Of a stretch of DNA of 64,000 bases, positions 23,543 through 36,494 are shown one piece after another. The stretch lies in assembly GCA_017499595.2 (NCBI GenBank), contig CM039004.1:682001-746000 (forward strand), in the 5' to 3' direction. The first letter of the stretch is position 1, and each line of letters begins with the position of its first letter. The notes under the pieces are model-generated. The model did not search any database, was not told the origin of the DNA, and saw only the letters and a list, made by a program, of their open reading frames with translations. The position numbers and the translations under genes are program-made. Source of the DNA: Psilocybe cubensis (Eukaryota).

Positions 23543-25853
23543 CTAGGCTTTCAAAGTTTTTTTTCTTTGTCTTTTACCTGCTACAGCAAGCAGACTTGCT
23601 TCCTGAAGTGCTAAGGCATCCGAAGTCACATTCCTGCGGGCCCGTGTTTCATCCGTATCTGGACTTGTTACTGTCTCCACAAAGGCATCACAAGTCACGT
23701 CCCTGCCGGCCCGTGTATTATCTGTGTCTTGGGTTGTTCCTGTTTGGACTCCATCTTCTTCCACTGTGTTAAGTGGATCTGAGTAGGGCTTTGTTCTTTT
23801 CCTAGGTTGAATCCTTCTAGTTGGTTTTGGCTTAACTGGGGGGGGTACAGAACTCTCTTCATCGGGTCCGTCCATTTCCGCCGTTCCGACATATGGCTTT
23901 GTTCTTTTTCTTGGCATAATCTTTCTAGCTGGCTTGGGAGGCGCCTCCTCAACCTCTGGAGTTGGGCTGGATGATGGATTGACAATTGTTGGGCTGGATC
24001 TACTTGGTAGAGAGGGTGGCTCGCTAGATCTTGAAGGTGCGTCGGTAGGAGTCTCATCCGTCTCTGGCGTGACTTCAAATCTGGCAGTAGTGCGTGGCAT
24101 CGCGGATGCCGGACTACCCCGTCCATTATCAAACTCTGACAGATTGGATGATTCAGAGTCGCTTGAAGATTGGGTTTGAAGTCGTATAGCTTTTTGCCTC
24201 AGCCGACGTTTGGTTATGGCTGCAGGAGGTGGAGGTATCGGGTGGGCTTCTAGGCCGTCAAACAAGTTGGACGGATAGAGAGGTTCCATAATGTCATAGC
24301 CATTTCCAAAAACCTTTGAGAATTTAAAGGGGATGTCTCCTTGCGCTTGACGGTCCCTCCATAGCTTGAGAATTGCAGAAGTTGACTCCAGGCGGAGCCG
24401 GCTCGGATCCGTCACGGGGATTGAACTTGGCCAATACTCTGGATCAATCATTTCTGCAGAACGCCTTTCAAGAGCATCCCAAGGAACACTTGAACCAGGC
24501 CTATCCTTGGCTAAAGCTGTATACATAGTTAGCAAGTTTGTTGAGGACATAGACAAATTACACACCATAAACCTTGTTCATGTAAATTCTAATAATTGAC
24601 TTTTGCGCATAAGCGACTTCTCTCCCAGTTGAGCCATAGATAGGACTAGGTACTATTGGAAATCCATTGCTGCTAAACTTGAGGGATTTTTCATGAAACG
24701 ATGCATCTGGCAGTGCTGGATTGGCCACACCCTTCTCTATTTCTGAAATGTGGACGAGGTATTGAACAAACGCTCTGCGAAAAGCGGCCAACTCGGATGG
24801 AAAGAGTTGCCCAAAGGAAGGAATTCTGACATCGTCGAGTGCTAGATCGCTTGTCTGGGTCCTTCAATGCCCATCAGTCAACATTAATACGGGCCAAATT
24901 ATTCCGCCGTGAATGCTTACGGCGGAAACTTTATCCGCCGTAGGGTGTTTACGGCGGATAAAGTTTCCGCCGTAAGCATTCACGGCGGAACTTGTTCATG
25001 CCGTGTTTAACACTTACATTGAGTATTCGATTTTACCCTCAATATCATAATGCCCCTCAAAGGTAATGGACCTCATACCCATTCTCTGCCACTTAAGTTT
25101 CTCCATTTGTCGAAGTATTTTTCTGCCTTGCCTGGCAGCAGTCCTGCAGATGTCAGATTGACGGCGGAAACAAGTTCCACCGACTCACTTTGCCTTCATT
25201 GATTTTGAAACACCTTTCTTATTCCATTCCTCGAGGATCTCCATGAACCTGTCCCGCTCCTCCTGAGTCAATCTGGCCTCAACCTGCTTACGTCCTTGTT
25301 GATAAAACTTCATCCAATCTTTACTTCCACGAGCAGCATTCCCTGATAGAAGCGCAACCTCGGAGTCAATCTCTGCCGACTTCTCCTCACGGAATACCGT
25401 CTGAAAGGTTATACGGGAGTTCAATCCTTCCAATTTTACACCAATTCGATTTGACGCATGGTTTCTAAACCAATTAAAAATTCGCTATTGTGATGGTTTA
25501 TGTGTGTAACAAAATTTTCAAAGAAACAACGAGCTCACATGCTTCTTCACCTTCCATTCTTTGTGTAGTTGCTTATCTTCCTTCCTAGCACGTCTAGAGT
25601 ATCTGTGATCCCATGTAGCTTGCAGCTCAGGTATGACAGTGTTCTGTATGTAGTCTGCTTTGGATGACTTTGATGTATCTTTGTAGGGCTGTACATGCTT
25701 TTTCAACACGCGCATTTCCTTTGTGGTCCATATATTTGATTCTTCCGGCGGAAAGTCACCCTCCGCCGTCTGTCCGCTTCTGGGTCCGTTGTGGGTTGTG
25801 GCATTTGCGGTGGAAGGAAGCGGATCCGCGTCGGGGGATGCAATGGTGGGCAT
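23543..25853 (-). CDS. KDZ cargo: unknown multi-exon protein
   Basis: ORFs 25518-25853, 25185-25433, 24558-24791 and 23543-24568 linked by GT-AG introns; VPWDAL..MIDPEYWP..DPSRL motif seen in agaric TE-associated proteins. Confidence 0.6.
24902..24990. repeat. Perfect intronic palindrome (41-bp arms, 7-nt loop) made of ACGGCGGA motifs
   Basis: ttccgccgtgaatgcttacggcggaaactttatccgccgta gggtgtt, then its exact reverse complement. Confidence 0.95.
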
Positions 25854-26732
25854 AATTGCAGCGATGTAACAAGTAGCTTATCGATGAGTATCTGTGTGAT
25901 CTAGTCAAATCTCACGTCATACGGAGATAAAATAAGCTTCCGATCATACTAAATGAATGATGTGATGTCATATTTTTCCCAATCAGGTAATCCCGCTTCA
26001 TCGTCGGCCACGATGATCAAAGCATGCTGGTCGCTGTCACATACATTGACCTCATGATTTTGCAATAGTTCCCTCTGCACTCAATCAATAAACATGAAAT
26101 TTTGTAAACATTTAGCGCTTTATATAAAGATAATCTTACAAGGTTTTAAATTCTTGTTAGATGGCTGTAAAGATACAGAAACACAAAATTCAAATTCACG
26201 TCTTCTCACCCAAAACTTGTGAAACCCAAAACGGCAGTCATCTCAGAGACCATGAGAGGTATTCAAATGCATAATTTTTTTCAAAAAATATAATGATCCC
26301 AGTGAGCTCATTTTGACACATTTTCTAGTATATTGAGAATATCTCCTTAAATACGAGGATTCACATTCTACAAAAAATGTCATTCGGTAGCTATTAAAAA
26401 TATCTTTCATATGATATACGCCGGAGGAATGAGGGGCCAGCCAGTGAAAAGATATTTCAAAAACACTCCAAAGTGTGGTTCTGAAAGGGTCGTTCTGCAT
26501 CATATTGTACATTTATGATGGGATCACGTCCATTTTGTGCATCTCTGGATTAAGTTTTGTTCATAACATTTCACTCACTCATCCAAATATGCTGCAAGAT
26601 AGATCATATGAAAGCTATTTTTCTCCTCTTTAAAACGGCATAATTGAGGGAAATTTATCTACAGAAATAAACATGTTATACTACATTTAGATCTGCGCTC
26701 ACAGGCTGTCAGACTCTTTGTTTCCAACATCC

Positions 26733-29700
26733 ATGGGCTTCAAGAAAGTACCTGATAGGGGATCGGATGAGGAGTTTCCCAATGTTCGGGAGGCCTCCTG
26801 GTCTAGTGGGGCCAAGAAACGAAAGAGAGGGCGGCCGAGGATCCACAAACTTCCTGCAGAATCATCATCAACAAACCTCCCTCAAACAACGACTTACTCT
26901 TTCCAAAACCATGAACACAACATTCTGGAAGAAGAAATACCTCATTATCCGGGAGATCTAACTGATCAGCAGGTACTTGATAACCTGAGACAGCTAGATG
27001 ACGACAGAACGGGAGGAAAGGTATGTTTTAACATGTTTTCAGTAGAATGATCAGGATGACTTTACCTATCCAGTCTCAAAATGATTACCTGAGGGAATGG
27101 CTCCCGAAACGAGAGGTGTATCTTGGAACAATGATTGGAGGAGAAGCCCCGGATCCGGATCTGAATGGACGGTGTCAGCAATGTCAAGGAATGTCTGGAG
27201 TGTGGAGATGTTGCCAATGCTTTGGCTCTAGAATTTTGTGTTCTGAATGCCTGCGAAGAAACCATCAATTTACACATTTCCACCGCGTTGAGAAGTGGAC
27301 GGGTCTATATTTCCGTCCGGGAGCTCTGTGGGAAGTGGGTGTCAAGTTGTATTTGGGTCATAATGGGAAGCGGTGTCCTTATCCCACGGATCCGAGCCAT
27401 CTAGGATGCGACGGCGGAAACAATTCATCCGGGAGTCATGGGCACGGCGGAAACAATTCGCCCATCTTTGAGGATGAACACGGATTGGACCTGGATCCGC
27501 TTCCTGCGAGCAATGACCAAGAATCCTTTACGGCTCAGCTTCTGGCGGACCCGGAGGTACCCCATTTGGTTGAGCTGGACGATGGAGACGATGAAGATGA
27601 TGATCTATTCGAGGAAGTCGATACAACCTATCTGGACCAACCTCGTCCAAAGGCAGCAGACAACAATGGAATTCCTTTCAAGGCAATTGTGCACACCTCC
27701 GGAGTCCATTATCTGCCCGTGCGAACATGCACATGCCGGTCCGTCCGCCTTCCGTCTATCGATTTACAGTATCTGGAGATGGGATTATTTGCAGCCAGCT
27801 TTGAAAACGTTCAAACTGTGTTCACAGTTGAGGTCCTTGAGGACTTTCGGATGGACAACCTCGAGTGCAAAACGTCGGCTTATCAGTATTACCAAAAGTT
27901 GCGAAGACTGACTTCGCCAGCGTTTCCAAAAAAGGTGCTGAACCGCTATCGTGAATTGAGAAGGCTTAGTAGAGAATACAGGGACCTTGTCCTGAGACGA
28001 CAATATGGAGAAGGGCATACAAGAGAAGCGGTGGTCCCTTACTATCATCATTGCCATGATTCATCACCAGAGAGGATGGGTATTAATGTATCTGATCCAA
28101 TTGACGGCGGATCTGATAGTCCGTCTCAAGAAGTCGGAATGTCAACGGACCCGTCTCTGGGACACGGCGGATTAGATGGTCCGCCTGCACCACAAATGAC
28201 GCGGACCGAGGATCATCCCAAAGTTGAAGATAGGAGAGGGAAGTTGGCCTTATTCTGCCCCGCCTGTCCACAGCCTGGAATAAACCTACCTGATACCTGG
28301 ATTGATGATGCTGACAGGCAAGTTTTAGTTATTCTTCAAGGGTGACTGCAATTAACAGCAAATAGCAATCTGTACATACGTAGTTATGTTGCAGATGGTA
28401 ATTTCAAAGCAGATCACCTCAATCAGAAAAACGAGGGAGACTATGTTTGGTTGAGCGTTGGAGAAGGATACATGACTGCTCCGGGCCCATACAAGGAGCA
28501 CATCAAGGAAGCAATTTCTCTTGCTCCACGTTATAAACGGGTGCGTTATCTACCATGATTTATCTTTCACGGCGGATGCTTACGTTCCGTGTCACAATCT
28601 TCCACGGCGGATGCTTCCCTTCCGTGTCAAAAAAATCTTCCACGGCGGATGGCTTATCCTCCGTGTAAAAAAATATCAGGAACAAACATGTCATAACTAC
28701 CACGCCCAGAAAGCTGAAAACAGAGTCAGCCCGGGTAAGAGAGTACGTGGAATTGGGGCACACGCTTGCGCTAGGCACGGATGCTTCTGTCCATCCAGCG
28801 TTGTCGATTTTGACAAAGGCGAAAAGCAGATGCACATGGATTGGTCTTTGACTCAGGCCAGGGAAACTACCAACACACAGGGAATCACAAAACATTTGGA
28901 AATCTACGATATAAACTGTCAATATTGCGTTAACTTGGCAAGGCGTCTCTCAGAGTCCACAAAAATGCATTGGCCACCTTCTGTTAAAATGATTTTTGCA
29001 ATTGGTTTATTTCACGTCCACGGGCACAAGACGGAATGTCTTTACAACTACGCATCCACCTATGTCCCGGGTGTGGGAATCATTGACGGAGAAATCCTGG
29101 AGCCGTTGTGGTCCGTGTTAAATGACACATCCCGGAGTACACGTTCCGCTACCACTGCCCATCGAGCAGAGGTTTTGGACGACCACATGGGGGATTCCAA
29201 CTGGAAGAAGACCATTAATATGGCTGCAACAATTGCTGCAAAGTTCAAACGGGCACGGGAACAGTCCGGAATCACAGACCGATTTTATAGGGGTATCACG
29301 GATCAACAAGATTCCGGGCTCATCAACACTTGGGAAGATGAAATTTCAAAAGCAGAAGCGGACCGAGAACAAGGTGTGGCCGACGCTGTTGGCAAGGTAA
29401 TGGCAAGCAAAGTGAAAACGGCTGCTGGACGCCAAGAAATTGAATTGCATCTTTCAAATATGGAACTTACATCTAATGGTGCTACTGGAAAGGCAGCATG
29501 GATATCATCCGGCTTAAAACTGGAGCAAGCGCAGTACAATTATTTCAATTGCATCCTACAGAATTTAACATGCTTTTAGATTGGAGCTCAGGGACCATGT
29601 CAGAAAGCTCGGAAAGCATCCTTCCACCGCGCAGAAACTTGACTTGGTCAATAAACGTCGCTCCATGCGGACCCGCGTTGAAGCCTTCTGTCGATCCGCT

Positions 29701-30655
29701 ATGACCTTCATGGGCGAAGATGTCTTGGAGGATATTCAAGGGGACATCGCTCCCATACTTGACTATGAAGTCAGTGACAACGACGATCCTGATCTTGGAA
29801 ATGTCAACATTACCCGCGCGGATCCGGAACGACAGCCGCTTCCGTTTCCCTCCGCCGTCAAACAAGATTTCTTTGACGGCCTTGACGCAGGAACAAACCT
29901 CATTTTAAAAGGGCTTCGCAAACTTGAACTTCAAATAAGACATGGCCACGCAGAGGACTGTCTGGAAGCGGTCCGGTCAGCCTTGATCCAGCTTTCTTGG
30001 CAGTATAAATATCAGGTTCGGACCGCCGACTCCGTCTATATGGGGACTCGTGCTTGGGATGGCGTCAAGCTTTTGAATGCTTCCTGGAAATTGCACCGGC
30101 GACTCTACAACACAAACCGTCAGAAGATGATCTATTTATCTGCTGGCGTGCGAGACGAGGATAATATTCGGAAACAATATCCCATTCTGCAAGTCCATGA
30201 TTGCAAGCATAGTAATGCCGTGTCGGATCCGAACATTCGCGGAGGAAGCTCGGACCGTCTAAGTTGGATTTGGAGATCCCGTCAGGGCCTGGACAATGAT
30301 AATCAATTATACGTTAATGAGTGTGAGTACTGCTATTTGTATTTCTAATTTTTTTCTCAAGGGCTTCTTAGTCTTTAGGCTAAACTGGCTCCGCGCGCGA
30401 GCTCAGAGGAATAGATGGCAAGAGGAGCTGGCCTTGACAAAAAAGGAAATGGAATGGACTGTCAGATTTTATGTGTATATGGCAAAGACATGGCGTGCAC
30501 GGCATGATTTTGTTCCTGACAGGTTAGTTGGTCACAGGGCAAATGCTCAAAAGCAGATTGCCATGTGGAATGATCTGGGGCGGGCCGCGGATAAGGTCTT
30601 CCGTCAAATTAACCCGGAGTATCCGTCCGTGTGGAGATTTATAATTACAGATTAA
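26733..30655 (+). CDS. CxC2-KDZ transposase, multi-exon
   Basis: AT-hook-like KRKRGRPR; CxC2-type CQQC..WRCCQC..CSECLRRNH..FHRVEKWTG; LALFCPACPQPGINLP; VADGNFK, CARHGCF..DFDKGEKQ, YDINCQY, FHVHGH..C, DGEILEPLW; SWIW and RLNWLRARAQRNRWQEE. Confidence 0.93.
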
Positions 30656-30699
30656 CCAGTTCTTTGAACATTCTTGTTGTATCCCATCTCGTTGAATTC

Positions 30700-32324
30700 A
30701 TGCACTTACCGCGGCTTTTTAAACCTCCTGTCGAGGACGAACATCATCTCCTTACCTATGATGAGCGACGTGCTCTGGCCAAAGTTCATGTCCATATTTG
30801 TGGTGCACGGATCCGTGCCGGATACCGTTTGTTCATTGCAAACGGAGACTCTGTTTCCTCCGTGCGTCGCCAAAAATGGATGTATTTGCTCGACCTGGAG
30901 GTGGTAAGACAGTAATTTTGAACGATTATATCTTGTATTGAGAACTGGTCGTCAGGCTATACTGCTGAGAGTACTCGGATACTGCTATGTCAATGGATTC
31001 CAAGTCGATATTCCATTTTTTATATCAGAAATTCTCAATCAGAGCGTACATGCCGTTTTGAACCGAACTCCCCACCATCGAGCTGTTCTATTTGAATCTC
31101 TAAATCAAAGCTGGTCAGCATGGGAAGATGATGAAATTTTAAATCAGACCAAGAGCTGGGGATATTGGTGGAGGGACGGATTTGCTGAAGGCGATGAGTG
31201 GCAAGTTGCCTTTGTTACCGTTGAATCGCAAGCAAGAGAATTTTGGAACAAGGTATGTTTTTTTATTGCTGTGGATTATATCTGATTTGCGTCCTTCCCA
31301 CCAGGTGGTTCTGCCTGAATACCAACAAGAGGTACTCCGGCTAAATAATCAGAGGAAAGAAGCTAAGGAGGGCGCAAGTTCATCTACCTCTGGGCCTCCA
31401 AGAAATCAGGAAAACAATCCCAAGGGCAAGGGAAAGGCGGCTGAACGGACATCCGTCCCCACCTCGGGGAAGCACGGATCCGCGTTGACGGGAAAGCACG
31501 GCTCCGCGTTTTCACCGCCCACGGGGAAACCCAATCCGCCGACCCGTGTTGCAAACACGCGGGATGAAACATCCCCAATTGCAATTTCTGACCACAGACC
31601 GCCCTACTGTCCCCGCTGCGGTCAGCCTATCCTAACGGGCGTAATGAGGGAGTTGGCTCACCTGCGCCGGAATGTGGCGGACAAAATGAAAAATGCCCAT
31701 AAAGCAGTGACTACTTCTTCGGCCGCCTTGGGCAGATATTCTGTATTGGAGAAGATGTGGATTGACTCTAAGGAGCACCCGTTCTCTAACGGCAAGGGGC
31801 TTTCAGCCAAATACAAATTTCAGCATCCCGTTCACCCTTCTCCTGACAGTTGGGGCGCTATAACGGCTCAAGCCCGGTCCTTCGAGGTCTCAAAGCTCAA
31901 AGTCGCTTCATTTTACATCAACGACATTTTTTATTCTTTTATTGCCGTCAAGGAACTACCTTTTCATCCACTCTAGTATCATTCGCCACCCTCCAACACT
32001 GCAAATATTCATCTCCCAACAGATACTCTGCCTACTCCCGGTTCCGTCAGCCCTCCGTCAAATGCACACACCAGCAATGCCTTCCTTTTTAACGCAAGGT
32101 CAAGACCTGTTTTCCCGGGAGAAGAGGATGATATTGATAGAACGTCCGATACCACTGAATCCTCTACACCAGCTACGTTTTTAGAGCATCTCGCACAGGA
32201 CTTTGAAGAGGAGGCGGATGAGGAGTCTTCCGCCGGTGATACGACGGAGGAGTCAGATGCTTCCGGTAACTCGGAAGAGCTTAGCGAGGACGTGTCGGAA
32301 ACACCCTGGGATGAGGAATCTTAG
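30700..32324 (+). CDS. KDZ cargo: unknown multi-exon protein (in-frame TAG at 31974-31976)
   Basis: Exons from ATG 30700, ~30957-31252 and ~31304 onward; CPRC motif; the same frame stays open after the TAG through an acidic tail to 32324. Confidence 0.5.
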
Positions 32325-32551
32325 TTGCCCACCTCTCGCACAGGACATCGAAGAGGAGGCGGATGATGCCTTTTCCGCCGGTAATACGACGGCGGAGTCC
32401 GATGATTCCGGTAACCTTGGAAGAGCTCAGCGCGGGCGCGTCGGAAACACCCTGGGACAGAGAATTCTGGTTGTTCTGTAGCTTTCGTACCGTTTTGTTT
32501 TGGAAATATAAAAAAATCTTCCCCAAACCCAACTTCCAAGTCAAAAACTGA

Positions 32552-33831
32552 TCATATTTCAAAATCAAAAGTGTTGGTGGCCGGTAAATTTGCAAAAAGA
32601 TCGTACGTAGTAGACCATCCCGCCTCTTGGACTCCCAGCTCTTTAAATACATTCCTACGCATGTAATAGACTATGACTGCCCTATCTCCCTCGCACACCG
32701 CGCCGTGTTGAAGCAACCTGCCAGTAATTGCAACAAGGGTCATGGGATCATACTTGTACCGAAGTCCAAGGCCAGGAAGCTCAAGCCGTCCGTGTTCACC
32801 CTTCCCAAGTGGCATCAAAAAATCGTACCATGAGTAGCATGACCCATTATCCCGATGGTACGGTGTATCTCGGTTGCTGATGGCGGTCATGACTCCAAAG
32901 GGCGAACTCCATATTGTGAGAATTTGCTTCAATATTTCGGCCTTATGGACGAACTCCGGTTCCGCAGCAAGCCGTTGAAGAAATTTTATTCCCGCCCGGT
33001 ACTGCTCGGGGTGTATAATGCTCAAGATGGCTCCCAGCAAAGCCGAAGATGTCATCATGTCTCGTATAAACTCCTGTCCAATAGGATTACACAAGTCCAA
33101 GGAGACCTCAAGCGGGTTGGACGTCTGAGGAAAATATGAGGCAGTATAATACTTAGCAAACAAGTTTCTCACCTCATGGCCTTGCTGAAACCATGCCGGG
33201 GAAAAGTTAAGATTTCCAGGTTGAAGCCAACCTGGCTCATGTCGAAAGTAACTGTCATTGACCCTCCAGCTTGTGGCCAAAGGTGCCGCCTTGTGAATCA
33301 TTGTTTCAATATCCCGTAATGAATTCCACACACTCTCCTGTTACTCTTTAGAACGCATAATATAGGAATTAATCGGTCCGTTTCTAAAACTCACCACCCT
33401 TGTCTCTGACAAAATACCTGGCAGGTACCACACCAATATGTTGCCTGCACTATCGATTACAGTTCCGGGCAGGGTTTGGTACTGTAACGTGGAATGCACC
33501 GGAGGAAACTGGTCTTTCAGGCGAGCCTCAACGGCAGAATTCTGACCCGTGCAACGTGCGCTGAGATGGGTCAAATATTCTTCTGCATCCCACGTCGTAT
33601 ATTCTGCCATTCACACATTATTTAATCTCAATTTTCAAAGCTTATTGATTGCATACCTTGATTTTCAAATGCCTGCAAAATCACCTCCACAGCTAGATTG
33701 CACTCAAACATGGTCTCAGCACTGAAGTTTTCCCGGATTTGATTAGGCAGTTCTGCATGCCAAAGACGACTAGCTATCTTTGCCTTCATGTAGTTTGAGA
33801 GGGATTGGGTTAGCTCAAAGGCATAATCCAT
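32552..33831 (-). CDS. TET/JBP-family 2-oxoglutarate/Fe(II) dioxygenase, four exons
   Basis: NILVWYLPG, NFSPAWFQQGH, ISNRDTPYHRD (HxD), LELPGLGLRYKY, GRLLQHGA (distal H), GDRAVIVYYMR (2OG-binding R): the fungal TET/JBP pattern. Confidence 0.88.
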
Positions 33832-33956
33832 ACTATCAGGGTATGTGGAAAGGAATTTGCTGCCAGTATAATCTATACACCTTATTACATATATTAACGG
33901 TCATCCAATGTACGATTCAAGGCGGATATTTGTCGGAATACAGAAGCGGATGGATG

Positions 33957-34274
33957 AATGGGTCCGTCTGACAGCACAACACGGGTCAAGCGGATCCGTC
34001 TGCTTGCAATACACGGGATGCAAATGGACCCGTCCGGCTCATTTCCGGCCCGTGTTTCTTCCGTGTAGGTAGACGCGCGGATCCCGCAGGCCACCCGGCG
34101 GCTCCATTTAGCGCTAAATGGCACGTCATGTACGCTATGATTTGCCAGGCTAAATCACACGTACATCACGCTAATCTCCTAATTAGGTAGCGGGAGTAAA
34201 TCCACCGTATGTCACGTAATATCCTTATTATTAAATCTTAGGTAATGTACGTTATAAATAAACTGTCTTATGTG
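33957..34274. repeat. Right TIR of KDZ element
   Basis: Reverse complement of 18526-18843; no mismatch seen by eye. Confidence 0.95.
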
Positions 34275-36494
34275 GCTTTACTTCCTCAAGCTGCGCCTCG
34301 AGAGCCTTCATTCCCGAGACCATGGTTTCAACAACCGCTGCACCTCGCCTGACAGACCCCTCAAGTACGCTGTTGTCCACACGCAGCTGCTCGTTTAAAC
34401 TCTTGCTCTCTGCAAGGGCGGCCTCCAACCGCGCGATTTTTGAGAGCAAGGCCTGAATCTCGTCGGCTTCGGATGAGAAGTCGACAAAAAGAGGTACATA
34501 ATGTCCGACCAGAACTTCGTCGGCTTCTGGCTGTCTATACTGTGGGAGAGTATGTGATCAGTAATATGTACTGGCGTTGGTCTAGCCACAATTTACGAGC
34601 ACGAGGGGAGATTACATACATTTCTGGCATCTGAGTGCGGAATGCCATGGTTCATGGCATTGGTAAGTAGCCATTTGAGGAATACTAGGAGAAATCACGC
34701 GCACCAAAGGGAGTGTACTTTATTGAGCACCGATTGGGGCACTCATAGTACCCTCGATCCTCATCCTGCTGCTCCGTCCACCGGGAAATGCAACCAGTAC
34801 AGAACACATGCCCTGTTGGCGAAGTAGAACCAAAAATCAGCTACGTTGATATTCTAAGTAACAGAGTAAGATTACGTACCGCAGGGCAGTGCTATTGGCT
34901 GCCTCTCAGATACTTCAAATGATTGGAGACAAATTACACAGGACATGATATAATACAAAACAAAAATACACTGTGCAAAAGAGGGTATATGAGGGTGCAC
35001 AGCACCAGAGAATATATGTGTAGGAAATGGTAGGACGAAGAGCTGAAGGGAGAGAACAAATTCAACAAACTGCGAAATTCCAGGGGCACGGTGGGCACCC
35101 CGCACATGTGATCGTTGAATCCATCTAGCCCAAATTTACCACAGATGGCACTTTTGCCTGATATGGCATTCGTGGGGAATTGGGGGTGCGTTGTTTGAAC
35201 TTGTGTGGGTGATGATGTGAACAGTGAAATACAGTGATGCCGATGATACAGTTGGGCGTAGATTGGTTCAACCATTTTTTTATGGATCAATTTGGTTGTA
35301 TTACAGCAACTCTTGAGTGTTTTATTATTGTGGGGTTTCTCGTGTTAAAAATGCAAATTGAATGCATCCTTGCCCTCTCATTCAAGAGCGAGAATTAAAA
35401 CCCCCTCCGACTCGAACACTCTATAAGTATTTGACTCATGACCGTTTGAACTATCCCATCAGACCCGTCTTTTACCCTTAGACTCATCCATTGTGATCAG
35501 CCACCATTGCATGCGTTAACGCAAATTGACATCACAATAGAAACAGAGACGGTGACAGAGATAGAGATGATGGGCTTATACACAAAATAGATCATACAAA
35601 GTGTGTTCAAACGAACTAACTAGTAAGAATGCAAACGAAAAAAAATGAAAGCAAAACTGATATTTGTTCGGTGCGCCTGGCGCTCAAAAGTATTTTACTT
35701 CTTTTGCTATTCTTACTCCTTTCACCCTTGGGTTTTGGACCCTTCTTTAATTTGCCCTAGCCTTTCCAGGGGTCGCATATTGGCCCCATTAGTCACTCAA
35801 GAAGCTTTTCGTCTAGATTATCAATTGCCCTGCTAGCTACCTTGTCGTACATCTCTACCGTAAGGCTTAGCCACAGTAGGAGAATAAATAGTGAGGGTGA
35901 GGGTAGGGGAGGGCTAACCTAGAGGCGTATCGACACCCACAATCGTAATCATACCCAAACCTCCAAACCTCCAAAGTTAAAAAAAATTAAAGATCACAAA
36001 AAACACTTAGAGAGAGAACAAAAGAAAGAAATTCATTCCAAAATACATGACATTACCCAAATAACATATAGGGAAGGAGAAGGGGATTCTAATGAGATAT
36101 CCAATAGCCGATAGCATGAGCAATGAACATCGTGATAATAATGGATGATGGTGGCAGTGAATGAATGTCTGGATATTAATGATGATAATTATGATTGTGA
36201 CTATGGATGAGGACGAGGATGTGGATGTGGATGGGGATGTGGATGGGGATGTGGATGTGGGTGAAGATGAGGTGACGAACGGAATCTACGTGCATAGCAG
36301 AGAGCATTGGCAGTAGCATTGGCAGTAGCGGGTATCAAGTAGCAGTGCAACAAGGAAGCTGAAGTTGAACAAGGAACAAGGACCAAGGAGAGGAATAACA
36401 CGGATAGAGGAGTGGGTATCATCCCAAGCGGTAAAAAAAGAAAGAAACCAAGAGACTCTCCAATCAACTTTGACCTTAACCGCAAGAATTAAAA

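Larger units (their letters stand above)
18526..34274 (+). mobile_element. Complete KDZ (Kyakuja/Dileera/Zisupton) DNA transposon with TET/JBP and other cargo, 15.7 kb
   Basis: 318-bp TIRs; direct repeat GCTTTAC at 18519-18525 and 34275-34281; CxC2-KDZ transposase inside. Confidence 0.93.
17758..34946 (-). pseudogene. RING-finger/coiled-coil paralogue 4, interrupted by the KDZ transposon (host parts 34275-34946 and 17758-18525)
   Basis: MSCVICLQSF..IALPCG|HVFCTGC..ECPNRC..MKALEAQLEEVK [insertion] QEKGQLESQ|LQEVATLAMAFIKHQ..KENIAP..RPMRPLPRR; the frame is restored when the element plus one TSD is removed. Confidence 0.85.

Noticed and set aside
36201-36330. His-Pro repeat ORF and GGATGT/GGCAGTAGCATT microsatellites
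   Set aside because: Simple repeats downstream of the coiled-coil gene; no coding support
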